Made by a program: the position numbers and the translations under genes. A stretch of 64,000 nucleotides of DNA from Dipteris shenzhenensis. Lineage: Eukaryota. How positions within the stretch are numbered: position 1 is the stretch's first letter; each line of letters begins with the position of its first letter. This document shows, in pieces, positions 37,750-50,638 of this stretch. The DNA lies in assembly GCA_047967505.1 (NCBI GenBank), contig CM106538.1. One strand, given 5' to 3'. The notes below the pieces were generated by a model. That model saw only the letters and a program-made list of their open reading frames with translations, was not told the origin of the DNA and searched no databases.

Positions 37750-40574
37750 TGTTGGAACATGAAGCCAAAGTGAGTGTTTTCTAGTGTTCTAGAGTAGTAC
37801 TAGACTACTTTATATCCTAGAGTGCCATGTGTCACTATGGGACTTATCCCATATACATGTGACACCTAGAGTGTGTGCGCCTATTCTATAAAGGCATTGT
37901 ACTTTCTAGTTTTTAAGATATCAATCAACATCAAGCTCTCTTGGCCTACATGTGAGTACTCTTGGTTATCATTGCTTTGCACTTGTATTGTCATTTCATT
38001 CCATTCCTGTGCCTTCATGTGGTATCAGAGCCTACCTTCCTAGCCCTTTCCTTCCTCCTTGCTTCTCCATGAAGTAGAGGGTGGCCGGAAATAGAAGCTG
38101 CCCTCTCTTCTCTTGGAGGAGCTCCCCTTCCCTTCTCTTGCCTACAAATTCTGCCTATCTCAAGCTCTTCTTTGTCTTGCAACTTGCCCTCTATTCCAGC
38201 CTCTTCTGCACCGATGATGCTACTCCACCGACATGAGATGGAAGATCTTGAGCTGCTCTACTTCCGCCCTACTTTGCTGTTGATTTTTGCCTTTGCTCAG
38301 CACCTATGAGCTGCTATTACTACCCGCAAATCTACGCTGAAGTTCTGCCCAACTATTCCGCCTTGCTCATCATTCCTCCTACAACTCCTGTCTCAGCATT
38401 TTGTCTCTGTTGCTGTCCAGCAGTTCCCGCCATTCTGCTCCAAAGAGTCGCCTCTTCACACCTGAAAATTCCACCTGCAAACAGCCACGCAAACTACCCA
38501 AGCCTCACCATCAAAGACCTCGAGCCTCAGCAACACGTGGAGCTATAGCACCCGCCAATGCTCAGCCAACTAAGCCGCCTTTCTGCTCGCCATCCTGCAG
38601 ATCCTCTGTTTGCCATTCAGCCCACTGGCATCCTACCTGCAATGCTGCTTCTACTGCCCGCCACACTCTCCCGTATGAGCTGCTGCTGCTGCTATCCATG
38701 CACCTCCACGTTGCCCACGTAGTGCTACTGCCCACGCTGCTCCAAACGTAGCTCTAGATGTTATTACCCACGCACCTCACTTGCTGTGCCCACGCACCTC
38801 ACTTGCTGCCCATGCAGCTGCTACTAGCTTCTACTGCCCACGCACCTCACTTGTTGCCCATGCAACTGCTCCTCTTGCTCATGCCTCTCCTGTTGCATAT
38901 GCAACCCCCTTGTTGTTGAGCTCTTCTATTCTGCCCTGCTCCTATTCATTTCTTTCTAGCTCGTGGCTCCCTGCTTCATTTCCTACTTGAGATATTGACG
39001 ATCACAAGGTTCCACCTCTGAATTTGCTACTTGCCAGTTGATTGCCATGGAGTCCTCGAAGTCAAGTGCCTTTATTGAAAAGTTCATGGGTAAGAACTTT
39101 TCGACATGGCAAACAAAGTTGCGTCTTATCCTTATGAAAGACGGGGTGTGGAATGTTGTTTGTGGCAAGGATAAAAAGCCACAATCAGATGAGAAGAAAA
39201 TTCTATACTGGGAGAATTTAAACGACAAAGCCCTTTCTCTCATTGGTTTGGGTTTGGGTGATGAAGTTATTCATCATTTCGACTTTGATTCCACTGCTCA
39301 AGAATTATGGGAGAAGTTCGAAGGTCTCTTTGGCAATAAGGTAATCAATTCTAAGGTCTTTCTCCGTCAAGAATTCTTCAAACTCTAGATGAAGCATGAG
39401 GACTCTCTTCTCACCCATCTGAATCATATGGAGTCTCTCATCACTCAACTTGCTACGTTGAAGGCCCCAGTTGGGGATGATGACCAGGTTGCAGTGCTCC
39501 TCACAAGCATTGAAGAAATTCCTAAGTATCGGGAGATCATACCAGCATTAAGAGTGGCAAGCATGAGCTACCATAACATGATTGCTATGCTTCTTGATCA
39601 TGAAAGAAGGCATAGTGATACTTTTGATGCCAATGCACTATTTTCTAAAGGGAGGTTTCCTAAAGGGAAAGGTAACTTCAAACCTTTCAAGTGCTCTTAC
39701 TGTGGAAAGCTTGGTCACACCGAAGATCGTTGCTTCCAAAAGCTGGCCAAACAACAATCTAAAGACCATGCCAACTTGGTTGGGACTATATCCAACGAAG
39801 ACGAAGACGATGCAGACACCTCTACTCCAATTCACGCTCTCACTGCTCACATCCAAGATCTCTCTCTTAATAAAAAGGTCTATGCACCAGATGATCTTGA
39901 CTTTGTTTTTTGAGTGCGTCGAAGGTACTCTGCCTTGGGAGTCCCCCTAAAATGAATGCAAATAAATCATGTGTGTTGAATCAATAAAGGTTCTTAGCCT
40001 TGGATAGTCCTCCTAAAATGATGTTATTTGTGTGTGGCTTCCTACCACTTCATGTTATGAAGGGGGGGGATGTACTATGGGAGTCCTATTATTGGCATTG
40101 ATGGATTTCATTATCAGGCCTGGCCGAGTTCCAGGATGTTGGTGCACTCCCTAGACCGTTTTTATTGGGTCAGGTAGCCATGCTTCTCTTTTGAGCCTCT
40201 GAGCTATTTGGGATGTACAGATTAGTAGATTCATCATGTCATGTCTTGTTCTTGGCTCCATTCTAGTAATCTCTCACCTTGCCTTCATGGGGGGGTGTTG
40301 GAACATGAAGCCAAAGTGAGTGTTTTCTAGTGTTCTAGAGTAGTACTAGACTACTTTATATCCTAGAGTGCCATGTGTCACTATGGGACTTATCCCATAT
40401 ACATGTGACACCTAGAGTGTGTGTGCCTATTCTATAAAGGCATTGTACTTTCTAGTTTTTAAGATATCAATCAACATCAAGCTCTCTTGGCCTACATGTG
40501 AGTACTCTTGGTTATCATTGCTTTGCACTTGTATTGTCATTTCATTTCCATTTCATTCCATTCCTGTGCCTTCA
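37750..40574 (+). mobile_element. Young gag-only LTR element (TR-GAG-like), 2825 bp
   Basis: LTRs 37750-38017 and 40296-40574 are near-identical; TSD TATAA; PBS TGGTATCAGAGC (tRNA-iMet) 38020-38031; PPT before the 3' LTR; only gag coding. Confidence 0.92.
39047..39913 (+). pseudogene. Copia-type Gag with CCHC zinc knuckle; one in-frame TAG at 39386
   Basis: IEKFMGKNFSTWQTKL...TAQELWEKFE...LRQEFFKL*MKHED...CSYCGKLGHTEDRC; ends without a protease D(S/T)GA motif. Confidence 0.85.
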
Positions 40575-40859
40575 TATAATTGTGCTCAAAGTGCAATAAT
40601 CAAACATAAAACCAATGACACAAGTGACATCAATATTAACATTAAATCACCCACAATACCGACAATCTAGCATGGCAAATAATAGGCTAGTTAGGACCCC
40701 CACTACGTCCGGTGCGCTCCCATGGAATACTTTGCCATAGTCACACTTGACTAAAATAAAATAATGTCCATAGCAAGAAATATTAGAAATATAATTTTTT
40801 AACACAAGAACATTGAATCTTGCTATGGAAGGAGAATAAGAATAGCATGTGTACATCAT

Positions 40860-43170
40860 TGATCAACTCATGCAAGAGGAAGAAGGAGGCCCGAAAGCAT
40901 TATTAATGGAATACTGTGATTTTATGGATTGGTCCTACCAAGAAATGAAAGGGATTGCCCTCGAAGTTACAGTACATAGCATATGTATATAAGGGAAGGT
41001 TCCAACCCTAAGGCATGAGGACCCTACAAGACAAATCCAAAGTATGGCACCATGATATATGAGGAACTAGAAAAATTATTAGATGCTAGTTTCATTTATC
41101 AAATCAATCACACCGTTTGGGTGACACCAATTATGATTGTCCCAAAGAAGACCAAAATCTAAGAATATGTGCAAATCTAAAAAATGCCAATGTAGCGACA
41201 GTCACAGATCACTACTCCCTATTGCTATAGAAATAGTTCTAGAATGGGTAGACAGGTTAGAAGTATATACTTCTTGGATGCGTTTAGTGGTGGGTAGTAC
41301 AAATCTCTCTTGAAGATCAATTACAGATAACATTTTCCATAGAATGGAATTTTTTTGCATATAAAGTCATACCATTTAGACTCTATAACTCCTTAGCCAC
41401 TTTTCAAATGGTCATGTAAACTACCTTCAAGGCATTCCTCAACAAACTTCTACAAGACTTCCTAGATGACTTCTGAATATATTCAAGTAAAAAGGATCAA
41501 TTGAAATGTATGAACATGTATTTAAAAATGTAGAGAGTAAGGCGTTTCCTTAAATCCTATAAAATGCTAATTCTTGGTCACATAGAGTAGCCTTGGAACA
41601 CATACTCTCTAGACATAGCATTGTAGAGAGTACGGCATTTCCTTGAATTCTTTAAAATTCTAATTCTTGGTCACACTGAGTAGTCTTGGGACACAATCTC
41701 TACAAATGGGATTGCTATTGACATGGAAAAAATCAAGGTAATCTTGGAATTACCACCCCAACATAGTGCTAATGCTACAAGTATTCATGGGCCATGCAAG
41801 AGAGTATAAAGATTCCTCTTTAGGTATGCAATGATTGACCTGTTAGAAATCAACCAACAAAGGGTACGCACTGCGAAAGACTTATAGGAGCTCACATAGT
41901 GTGTGGGGGGGTGGGGAATCACAAACTTCTTAACTTAATGTGCATCACATAGATATGCAGACTCATCAATAGACAATGAACCAGCCAGATATAGAAACCA
42001 CCAAAATAATATATTTTCATCCAAAGCTATGGACACAATACAAAAGAGATAGTCCCACCAACGGTGTGGTCCTCTGATCTTACCACAAGGCACTTCTACT
42101 ATCTGTCGACTATCTCTAGACTCAAGACCACGTGCTCCACCTCGAGTGTCTGTAGACTTTCTATCTAGAATGATCTTCTCAACCTTGTTGCCCTACGTGT
42201 TAGCCTAGGTAGACATCCCCTTTCAAGCTTTGTCTACAACACACAAGTCCTCTTGGTCCTACTGAATGTAGGCCCAAAGGCAATCGCTCCACTACTCCAA
42301 TCCACTTGTGAATGGCTGCTCCGAAAGATGAGATATGAGGGCATGGAGGCCCTCCTTTTATAGGCCCAAGGGCCTATCATAAAAATCGACTAACTTGCCC
42401 ATTCTAGCCGACCAAACTAGCTAACTTTGTGGGGCTGGTCCAGCCCTTTAAGGGCTCTCACTGGGCCCTTTAGCCCACTCTTCTAGGGCCCTCTAATCAA
42501 GGCAAGGGCCCAGTCCTATATAAAGGCATGTCCCTGCTGACTAGCAGACCCCTTTGCTGCTCCACCAGGCCTCCATGTGGCCGACCTGATCTGCTGGTCT
42601 GCCCCACCCTTCTACGCCATCTTCTCTGATAGACAGCCTGCCATGCAGGCACCTCTAGCTGCCATGTGTGTGCCTCTTTTGCAAACCTGTTCCAGTTTGT
42701 ACATACCGTGCCTCTGTCAGCCCTCTACCAGGCTGCTATATTGTTGCCCACATGGCAGCTCATGTGCTGCCCATATGGCAACCCCTTTCCTTCTCTCTTG
42801 GTTGTGAGGTGCTACCCATGTGGCAGCCTCTCCCTCTCTCTTTTCTTGTCTGATCCCTTCCCTCATGGAAGCCATGGTGCTACGCATGTGGCTTTCTCTT
42901 AGACACTAGGTTCACCGCCCTATGCTCTCCTCATATGGGGGCTTACAGATGGAGAGGTGACCTTTCCAACATGACCCCTATATTAAGCTACTGTGGTAAA
43001 ATTCATCTAGATTAAAGAATGTGAGAAGGCATTTGAAACTCAAATGGTGATTGGATCATTGCTCTTATAGCAATGGCTCTAATCTAGGAGTTTGAATTCC
43101 ATGTACATATTAATGTTTCCAACTATGCAATAGGGAGTGTATTATGTCAAAATGCCAAAAATAAGAAAGA
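40860..43170 (+). mobile_element. Decayed gypsy RT/RNase H remnant interrupted by a solo LTR
   Basis: WVTPIMIVPKK, FLDAFSG, FLDDF, EFHVHINVSNYAIGSVL remnants. Confidence 0.75.
41841..42971. mobile_element. Solo LTR (1131 bp)
   Basis: TGTTAG...CCAACA termini with a perfect 5-bp TSD TGACC on both sides. Confidence 0.88.
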
Positions 43171-43725
43171 TATGATGGAGAACAATGATGGAGGATACCT
43201 TGATGGGATAGCCCATCCTCTTCATCCTCACCCTCCCTTCTCTCTCAACTTTCAAGATCCAAGAGAAACGTTTGTTCATGATGGTGTCAAGGCTAATGTG
43301 ACATTTCCACTTGGTTTGGGAAGAAACTCGTGTGTCCCTTTCTTGTGGAATGAGAAGTTGGATGATGACATAGCCTCTCTACCTCTCCTTAGCAGACCCA
43401 CAAATGAAATCCTACCAAGTTACCAAGGAGCTCAACCACCATAAGGGAAAGCAACAGTTGGGATGATAGAGGCGTCCTCTTTGAAGATGACCAAAACTTC
43501 TTACGCACTAGGGGCAACCATGCAACTAGGGGCGAGAGAGGTAGCACAATGATTTCAACCACCAAGCCTAGTTACTCATTAGCTATCAAAACTATTAGAG
43601 GGGGGTTTTTTTCAATCCCCTTGGTAGAACAAGAGTGGTGCTGGCACTTCAAGCTCTAGATTTGCAAGGAAAACTACAAGCAAAAGATTCCAAAAGGCAA
43701 GAAGTTGCGAACTCAGGTGACATAG

Positions 43726-46700
43726 TGTTGAGGAACCATCTCAACATCATATGTTTGATATGTGCACAACACTAACCCAATAGAGTGCTATAAAGGAAAG
43801 GGTTAAAAACCCTAACCCTAAAGGGGTTTGTATATATTCTACATTTTTAGTTAAATTTAGTGTACAATTGGTCATTTGTGGTGTGCTCTCTAGGTTGTGC
43901 CCTCTCTCCTCATTTGCACCCTCTTCCTCTCTTGTATCCGTATTTGTTCATGGTATTAGAGCTCCCTTACCTTCCGCTTAGGCATTGTGATCCATATGAG
44001 AGTGTGAGAGATCGAGTGATTGAGAGTTCTAGAGTGAAATCTTGTGAGTTCAGTTATTTTTTTCCGTTGAGAGAATTTCCAACCATTTGAGAGATATTTC
44101 CCTCATTTTAAGATGTTCATGGGATCTTCATGGTTCTGATGTCTTTGACAGCTTTCTTTATCTTGTGAGAGCAGTTTCTTCTAGTACTTCGATTCTTGCC
44201 TATCTACATAGGCGCTTCTACATGCACGAGTCGATTCCTACTTTCCACGACCAAGCTAGTAAGCAGTAGCCTATCTACAAGGACCTAAACGACTACAACG
44301 ACTACAACGACCATCAGCCAAGGGCCAAACACTTCAATGAATCGGCCTACAAGGAACTCTACAACACCAAGGCGACTCCTGCTGGCCGACCAGCCCACGA
44401 ACCGGCAATCAAACTCCTGCAGCAAGTCCTAACCAGTCATCTCCAACGACCTCCAAGCTCCTACAACGGCAACACAACTGGCTCCTGTGATCTGACGCCC
44501 GACCTCAATGAATGACTTCGTAGGTGGAGGCACCTTATGCATTTAGCAGTCAGCTGGCTGGCTGATTCGCGTTGGCGGAGAAGCTAGGAATCACTTTGGT
44601 CTGGCTTACTGCATAGCTCGATGAAGGGTCGATAGGCGGCTGTTGGAAGTTTTGTGGCAGTCGCTGGGAGCCCCGTTCGGTGCTGCTGCTCAGAGGTGAG
44701 CATCCCGTGGTGCCTCTGCCGATGAGCAGCTTGTAAGGTCGTTTTGGGTCTGCGGGGGCTCATTTGAGTGCGCCTTGGCTATCAAGTTGTCTTGGCCGGT
44801 TGGATGCGCTTAGGTTGCACGTTTGGCATTGCTGCAAGCGTGGCGTGGAGCTCTTGTTGTTCGCTGTGAGGTTGAAGCGTGCTGGTTGTAGGTCGACTTC
44901 GTTGCTGTGTAAACGGGCCTGTAGGTGACGGCGAGCACCAAAATCCCGCCTCTCTAACTCTGGGCCATTTGATGGAATCTTTTAGATTCTATTGGAATCT
45001 ATAAAGATTCTAAGGAATCTTATCTTGAGGGTACCCTCATCTAGACATGTGGCACCATGACAATAAGACACGTGGCAGTCAACCTTATCTAACACATGTC
45101 ATCATCTAGCTCAAGCCTTATCTTCCACGTAGGCATCGGCTCCACATCATCACGTTGACCTAACTACCACATCATCATTGATTGCCATGTGGCAGCCACC
45201 TGCCATGTCAACAACCACATCAATTGCCACATCATGCTATCCAGTCATCTGCCAGCTATCATAGTCATGTCAGGATTGCCTAGTCACTAGTAGTGCCAAC
45301 TCATTCCTTGTCAAGCACAGTAACCCCTCTACAGGCACACTGTGCACACTGCATGTGCACCCTTTTGACACCTCATCAGTACTTCACCGACATACTCCTT
45401 GCTAAGCACACACTTTCCATGTGAACACAGTGGCCACATTACTGCCACATTATCATTTGTACCCTTTTTGCCCCTCCACATAGATGAAGCCGTATCTCTT
45501 GATCCAAGAAGAATTTGAGGGGGCTCCAAATTAGAAAAACGCTCGATTATTTACTCTACGCACTTGTCACAGCACACGTACATTTCGGTGCAAGTATTAC
45601 ATACTTTTGAGCCTCGATGACAAATCCACTTCTTGCACACACATCAACCTCTACATCGACGCATTTGACCCAGCACCTAAAATGAACAAAGAAAAGGAAT
45701 TATTTGCTGCTTTTTCATGACTCGACGGTTAGTGCAGATCTAGATCAGAGTAGCGTAGTTCATCCTTAGAGGAGAGAACTCCAAAGCAACCAATCGAAGC
45801 CATGCCCAAAAATTCCCAAATAGTTCCTACTCAGAGTCAATCCCTTCGCTCACATGCGGTTTCACATCATTATAGTTTCTGAAACCCAATGTTTCATAGT
45901 TTAGTGAGCAGACTTCAGAGTTTTTAGAGGCATTCACCAATTTGGTAGAGGGAAGATTGCACAGTTGCTCGTTTTTCACACACATGCCACCATTGTAAAG
46001 CCTATCGGCTATTTTTCTGGCATTGTGCACTTTATTTGAGCCTTGTAAAGCCTCTTGGCTATACCTAACATAATTTTCCACAAGCCTTGTAATAGATTGG
46101 ATTATATATTGCAATTCTATCTTCATCGAAATTTTAGATTTCTTTTAATACAGACATTGTATTGCAGTTGATTCAGACATTGATTTTCACAGCACTTTGA
46201 GTACATTTCTTGCATTATGTCTATCACTAGCAACCTCAATTTGGAGGCATCCGCTAAGCTAGAAAATTCCAACTACGGCACCTGAAAATACAAAATGGAG
46301 ATCATTCTTGTACTTCAAGACAAATGGGAGTATGTCAATGGGTCTACATCTAGACCATCAAAAGATCCAACATCCACTCCTTCACTGCCACAGGACAAGC
46401 AGTGGGATCTATAGTTGCTACACCACTAGTGTCTGCACCTGCAATAGATCCTACCATTGCCCAAGCAAAGGCACAATGGGACAAGAAAGAAAATATTCAT
46501 ATAATTTGATCAAGCAAAATGTGCAAGATGTCATGTTAGGATAGCTCAATACAGTGAAAACAAAACAAGAGTTTCTGCAATGGCAATGAAACTGGCCATG
46601 CTTACATACTCAGGATCAAGAGTTACAACAATCAACTCACAACAGTAGGAGAGACAATGAATCCCACAGAAATGGTTCAAGTCATCCTGAATGGACTATG

Positions 46701-47630
46701 AGAAGGATACAAGAATCTAGTCCAGAGTATTGCCATTCAATTGCTAATTCAACACTGGAAGAATTAGAGTCAATGTTACTTGGTGAAGAACTCAGGACTC
46801 AAGCCATTCATGCACACAAATGCCATTCCAATGATCAAGCATTCATAGCTTTAGATAGAAGTAGAGGCAGAGGTAGAGCATTTCGGTGAAGTCGGCATCA
46901 TCAACAACAAAGTTATCATCAAAGTCAGTAGTAGCATTTGCATCATCCTCAATAGCATTAGCATCAGTAACCATTCCAATAGAGGAAGATTCCAAGGACG
47001 AGGGAATGCATTCACCAATGTGTCAAACATTTAGTGCAACTATTGTCATAAGTTTGGACACTATGAAAGAGATTGCGGCAAGAAGTAGTATGACCAAGGT
47101 GGTCAATCCAACAGCAATCGATGGAATTTTCGAGGAAGAGGAAATCATCGCGGTGGACATTCAAGTCACAGTCATTATGCCAATGAACCTAATAATACGT
47201 TTCTTGCATGTGAGGATATGCAAAAGATTGAAACAATGTATCTTGACATAGATTGCAAATCAAAAGGGGAATGCAATTATCAAGTCGATCACAAACATTA
47301 GGATACTTGGTACATCGACAAAGGTGCATCATCTCACATGACAAATCATTAGGAATGGTTCATAGAGATGAAACCATTAGAAGGACAAAAGAATGTTATC
47401 TACACTGCAGATAACACACCAAATCCAGTTCAAGGGAAAGGCATTATCCCTATGAGCAATTTCATTGGTACGAAAGGATGGGTGAAAGATATACTCTATG
47501 TTCCAAAGCTCAGTAAAAACCTCTTATCAATTGGACAAATGACATAACACAACTACCGAGTCATCTTTGATGGAGATGAATGCACAATCAGAGACAAAAT
47601 CCAGAGGATATTAGCTAGTAGGAAAAGCAT
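43726..47630 (+). mobile_element. Copia family C element: 5' LTR 43726-43950, PBS, ~2.2 kb leader, decayed gag and protease; 3' part missing
   Basis: TG..CA LTR; PBS TGGTATTAGAGC 43951-43962; gag from ~46217; CNYCHKFGHYERDC; WYIDKGASSHM at ~47308. Confidence 0.85.
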
Positions 47631-50587
47631 TATGCATAATGCTAGCTTTAGTACTAGATTTGCATGCCATGTTAGCTCAACCATAGCATATGCCACTTTC
47701 CGCAATATGGCATAAGAGATATGGTTGGAGATGTAGTGGACCATGGGGAATTGTTTCACAGTCTGCTAAAGGCCCAAATAAAAATTACATTGGACCAGCT
47801 TCTTAATCTGGTACTAGAATTCAAAGCACAGTGCTGACAAATTCGTTAGACTTTGGTGTGAGCCTAAGGGATAAGGCAAAAGAGGATGATGAGGAGGTTT
47901 GGGAAGTTGACCCCAAAGTTAATGCATCACAAATTGAAGATGCAGATTATATTGTTCCATTAATACAGGTGGAGTATAAATCACAGATCATACCGGAGGT
48001 CCTTTTGGATGGTGGGTCTAGTGTGAACATCTTGTTGGAGGATCTTTCCAAAATTTTTTGTGTCAATGAGCAAAGCCAACCCCTTTTCAGGTCAAAATCA
48101 TCAGAGGGTCCAATCTCTTAGGATACTAAGAAACTAGCAGATTGGAGTTTGTGGTATGACTTTCATGGTTAGCTTTGCTGTTCTTCAAATGGAGGGAGAT
48201 GATAAATCTTATTCAATGATACTTGGCAAGCCATGATTTTAGGTAGCCAAGATCAAGCAGGATTGGGGAGATGATAGGGTGAGTGTTCGTAAGGGAAATA
48301 AGAAATTTAAAATGGCCATGGTTCCAATAAGGAGTGTTCCAAAAAGTGTTCAACCCTTGGCAACTGAAGGAATTAACATGGTGGCCAAAGTTGAAGATGA
48401 TGAGGAAGAGTATTTTCTCAAAAGAAATCCCCTCCTTGGTTCCAATTTTTGAAGTCGATGTACAAGCCATATTGGACCAATACAAGAAGAATGAAGTGAA
48501 CGGTTCTTCATCAATGAAGGTTACTGCAGTTCCAAATTCGGAAGGAAATAGTCCAAAAGTGAAACAAAGGAAACACAAAGAACAGAAGTCTGATGAAGTA
48601 ACGTCAGAACAGTGGGGTTTTTATGAAGAAAAAGAATAATTTTATATCAAAACAGATATTCAAGCAATCATTGAAGTAGAAACAACATTTAAAGATCACT
48701 TAAGGAGGTGTGCAAGAGTTTAGGAGGATGACCTCAAAGAGATGAATCTCGAAACACAACAAGATCTGAGTATGGTGCATGTTAGTGCTTTGTTGGATGG
48801 AATTTTTCATGAAAATTTGCAACACTTGTTGCTGGAATTCAAGGATGTATTTGCTTGGCATTACACAGACTGGGGGGGTTGATCCATCTTTTTGTCAACA
48901 TAGGATCAAATTAAGGAAGGATGCTATCCCAGTGATCCAACAAGGATACAGAATGAACCCAAATTATGCTCAGAAGGTAAAGGAAGAAATTGATAGATTG
49001 CTCAAGGTGGGGTTTATTTACGCATTGGATAAGGTAACATGGCTTTCACCCATAGTCATAGTATCTAAAAAGAATGCTAAACTTAGAGTGTGTGTTGGAT
49101 TACAGAAAGCTAAATGTACTAACAATGTATAGCTTTTTTGATGGTTTTAATGGGTATAATCAAATAAGGATGGCTCCAAAAGATAGAGACAAAACTTCTT
49201 TCAGAGTGGGAAGCCTTTGCTAGCAATGTTATGACCTTTGGTTTGAAGAATGCACCTCCCACATTTCAGAAGTGGATTCAGGAAGTCTTTTCTCTATACT
49301 TCACAACTTTTATCAAAGTCTTTCTTGATTTCTTTGAGTTTGGAAAGAAGGAGGAGCATTTGCAACATCTTAGATTATGCCTTGAGAGATGCAGAATTGC
49401 ATGGCTTAGCCTTAATCCAGAGAAGTGTGCTTTTGTAGTTAAGAGGGGTGTCCTGTTAGGTCATAATCTCTAAAGAAGGAATGGCCATAGAAGGTGGAAG
49501 TTATTCAGAATGCTCGTACACCAAGAACTCTTAATGAATTATCATGCTTTGTTGGGAAGATAAATGGCATAGCGAATTCTTTCGCTATCTTTCCCATGTT
49601 TGTGCACTGTTGGCAAAACTTACTAGGAAGGGAGAATCTTATAGATGGGAGGAGGAGCAAGAGAAGGCTTTTGTTTTATTGAAGAGGATGTTAGTTGTGA
49701 CACCGATTCTTAAACCACCTAACTGGAAGTTACCATTTCATATTTTTGTCACTGCTTTGGATGTGGCCATAGGTGCAGTGGTAATACAAAAAATTGTTAA
49801 AGGGCGGTTTCAGCCCATATATTATGCCAGTAGAAGATTGGTAAAAGCATAGTAGAATGATAGTGTTACTCATAGGGAGGGATTGGGAATGGTTTATGAT
49901 CTCAAAAAATTCAGACACTATTTATTGGGGAATTAAGCGATCTTACATGTGGATCATTAAGCTCTCATTTATTTGGTAAAAAAACCACAGTTGTTTGGAA
50001 GGCTGGCTAGATGGATATTACTCCTCCAAGAATATGATTATGACATTGTTCATAACCCAGTAATCAATATGTTATTGTAGATCATTTAAGTCGATTGATG
50101 ATGAATGGTGAGGCACCTTTGGGAAGTCAGGATGATTTACCTAATGCACATTTGTTTTCTATCAAGAGATCACTTTTCTGGTGATATTACTAGAAAAAAT
50201 ATACTGTGGGCAGGTTTGTGGTGGCCTATAGTGTTGAAAGATGATCACCAATTTGCTAAAACTTGTTTACCATGTCAAAGAGATGGCAGGCCAACAGATG
50301 CATATTGGATGCCACATTAGCCTATCTTACCTTCGGGTCCATTCCAAAAATGGGGACTCGATTTCATGGGTCCGATAAAACCTTTGGCTAGATATACTGG
50401 CAATAAGTATATTTTGGCAGCCACCGACTACTGTACAAAGTGGGTAGAGGCAATTTCTTTGTGAGATAATATAGTGGCTAGCACAGCAAAGTTTATTTAT
50501 CACAATATCATAACCAAGTTTGGTTGTCCAATAGAGATAGAGTTTTTGATCAAGGGGTTCATTTCATGAATAAAGTTATGAAGAAGT

Positions 50588-50638
<51 letters not shown>

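Larger units (their letters stand above)
36390..40679. mobile_element. Foldback / long-TIR (MULE-like) non-coding element; right arm split by the gag-only LTR element
   Basis: 36390-36914 is the imperfect reverse complement of 37310-37749 joined to 40580-40679; ends TTTGCCATGCTAG...CTAGCATGGCAAA. Confidence 0.8.

Noticed and set aside
39386-39388. Programmed stop read-through in gag
   Set aside because: The stop is mid-gag without a CARYYA-type context; a simple point mutation is more likely.
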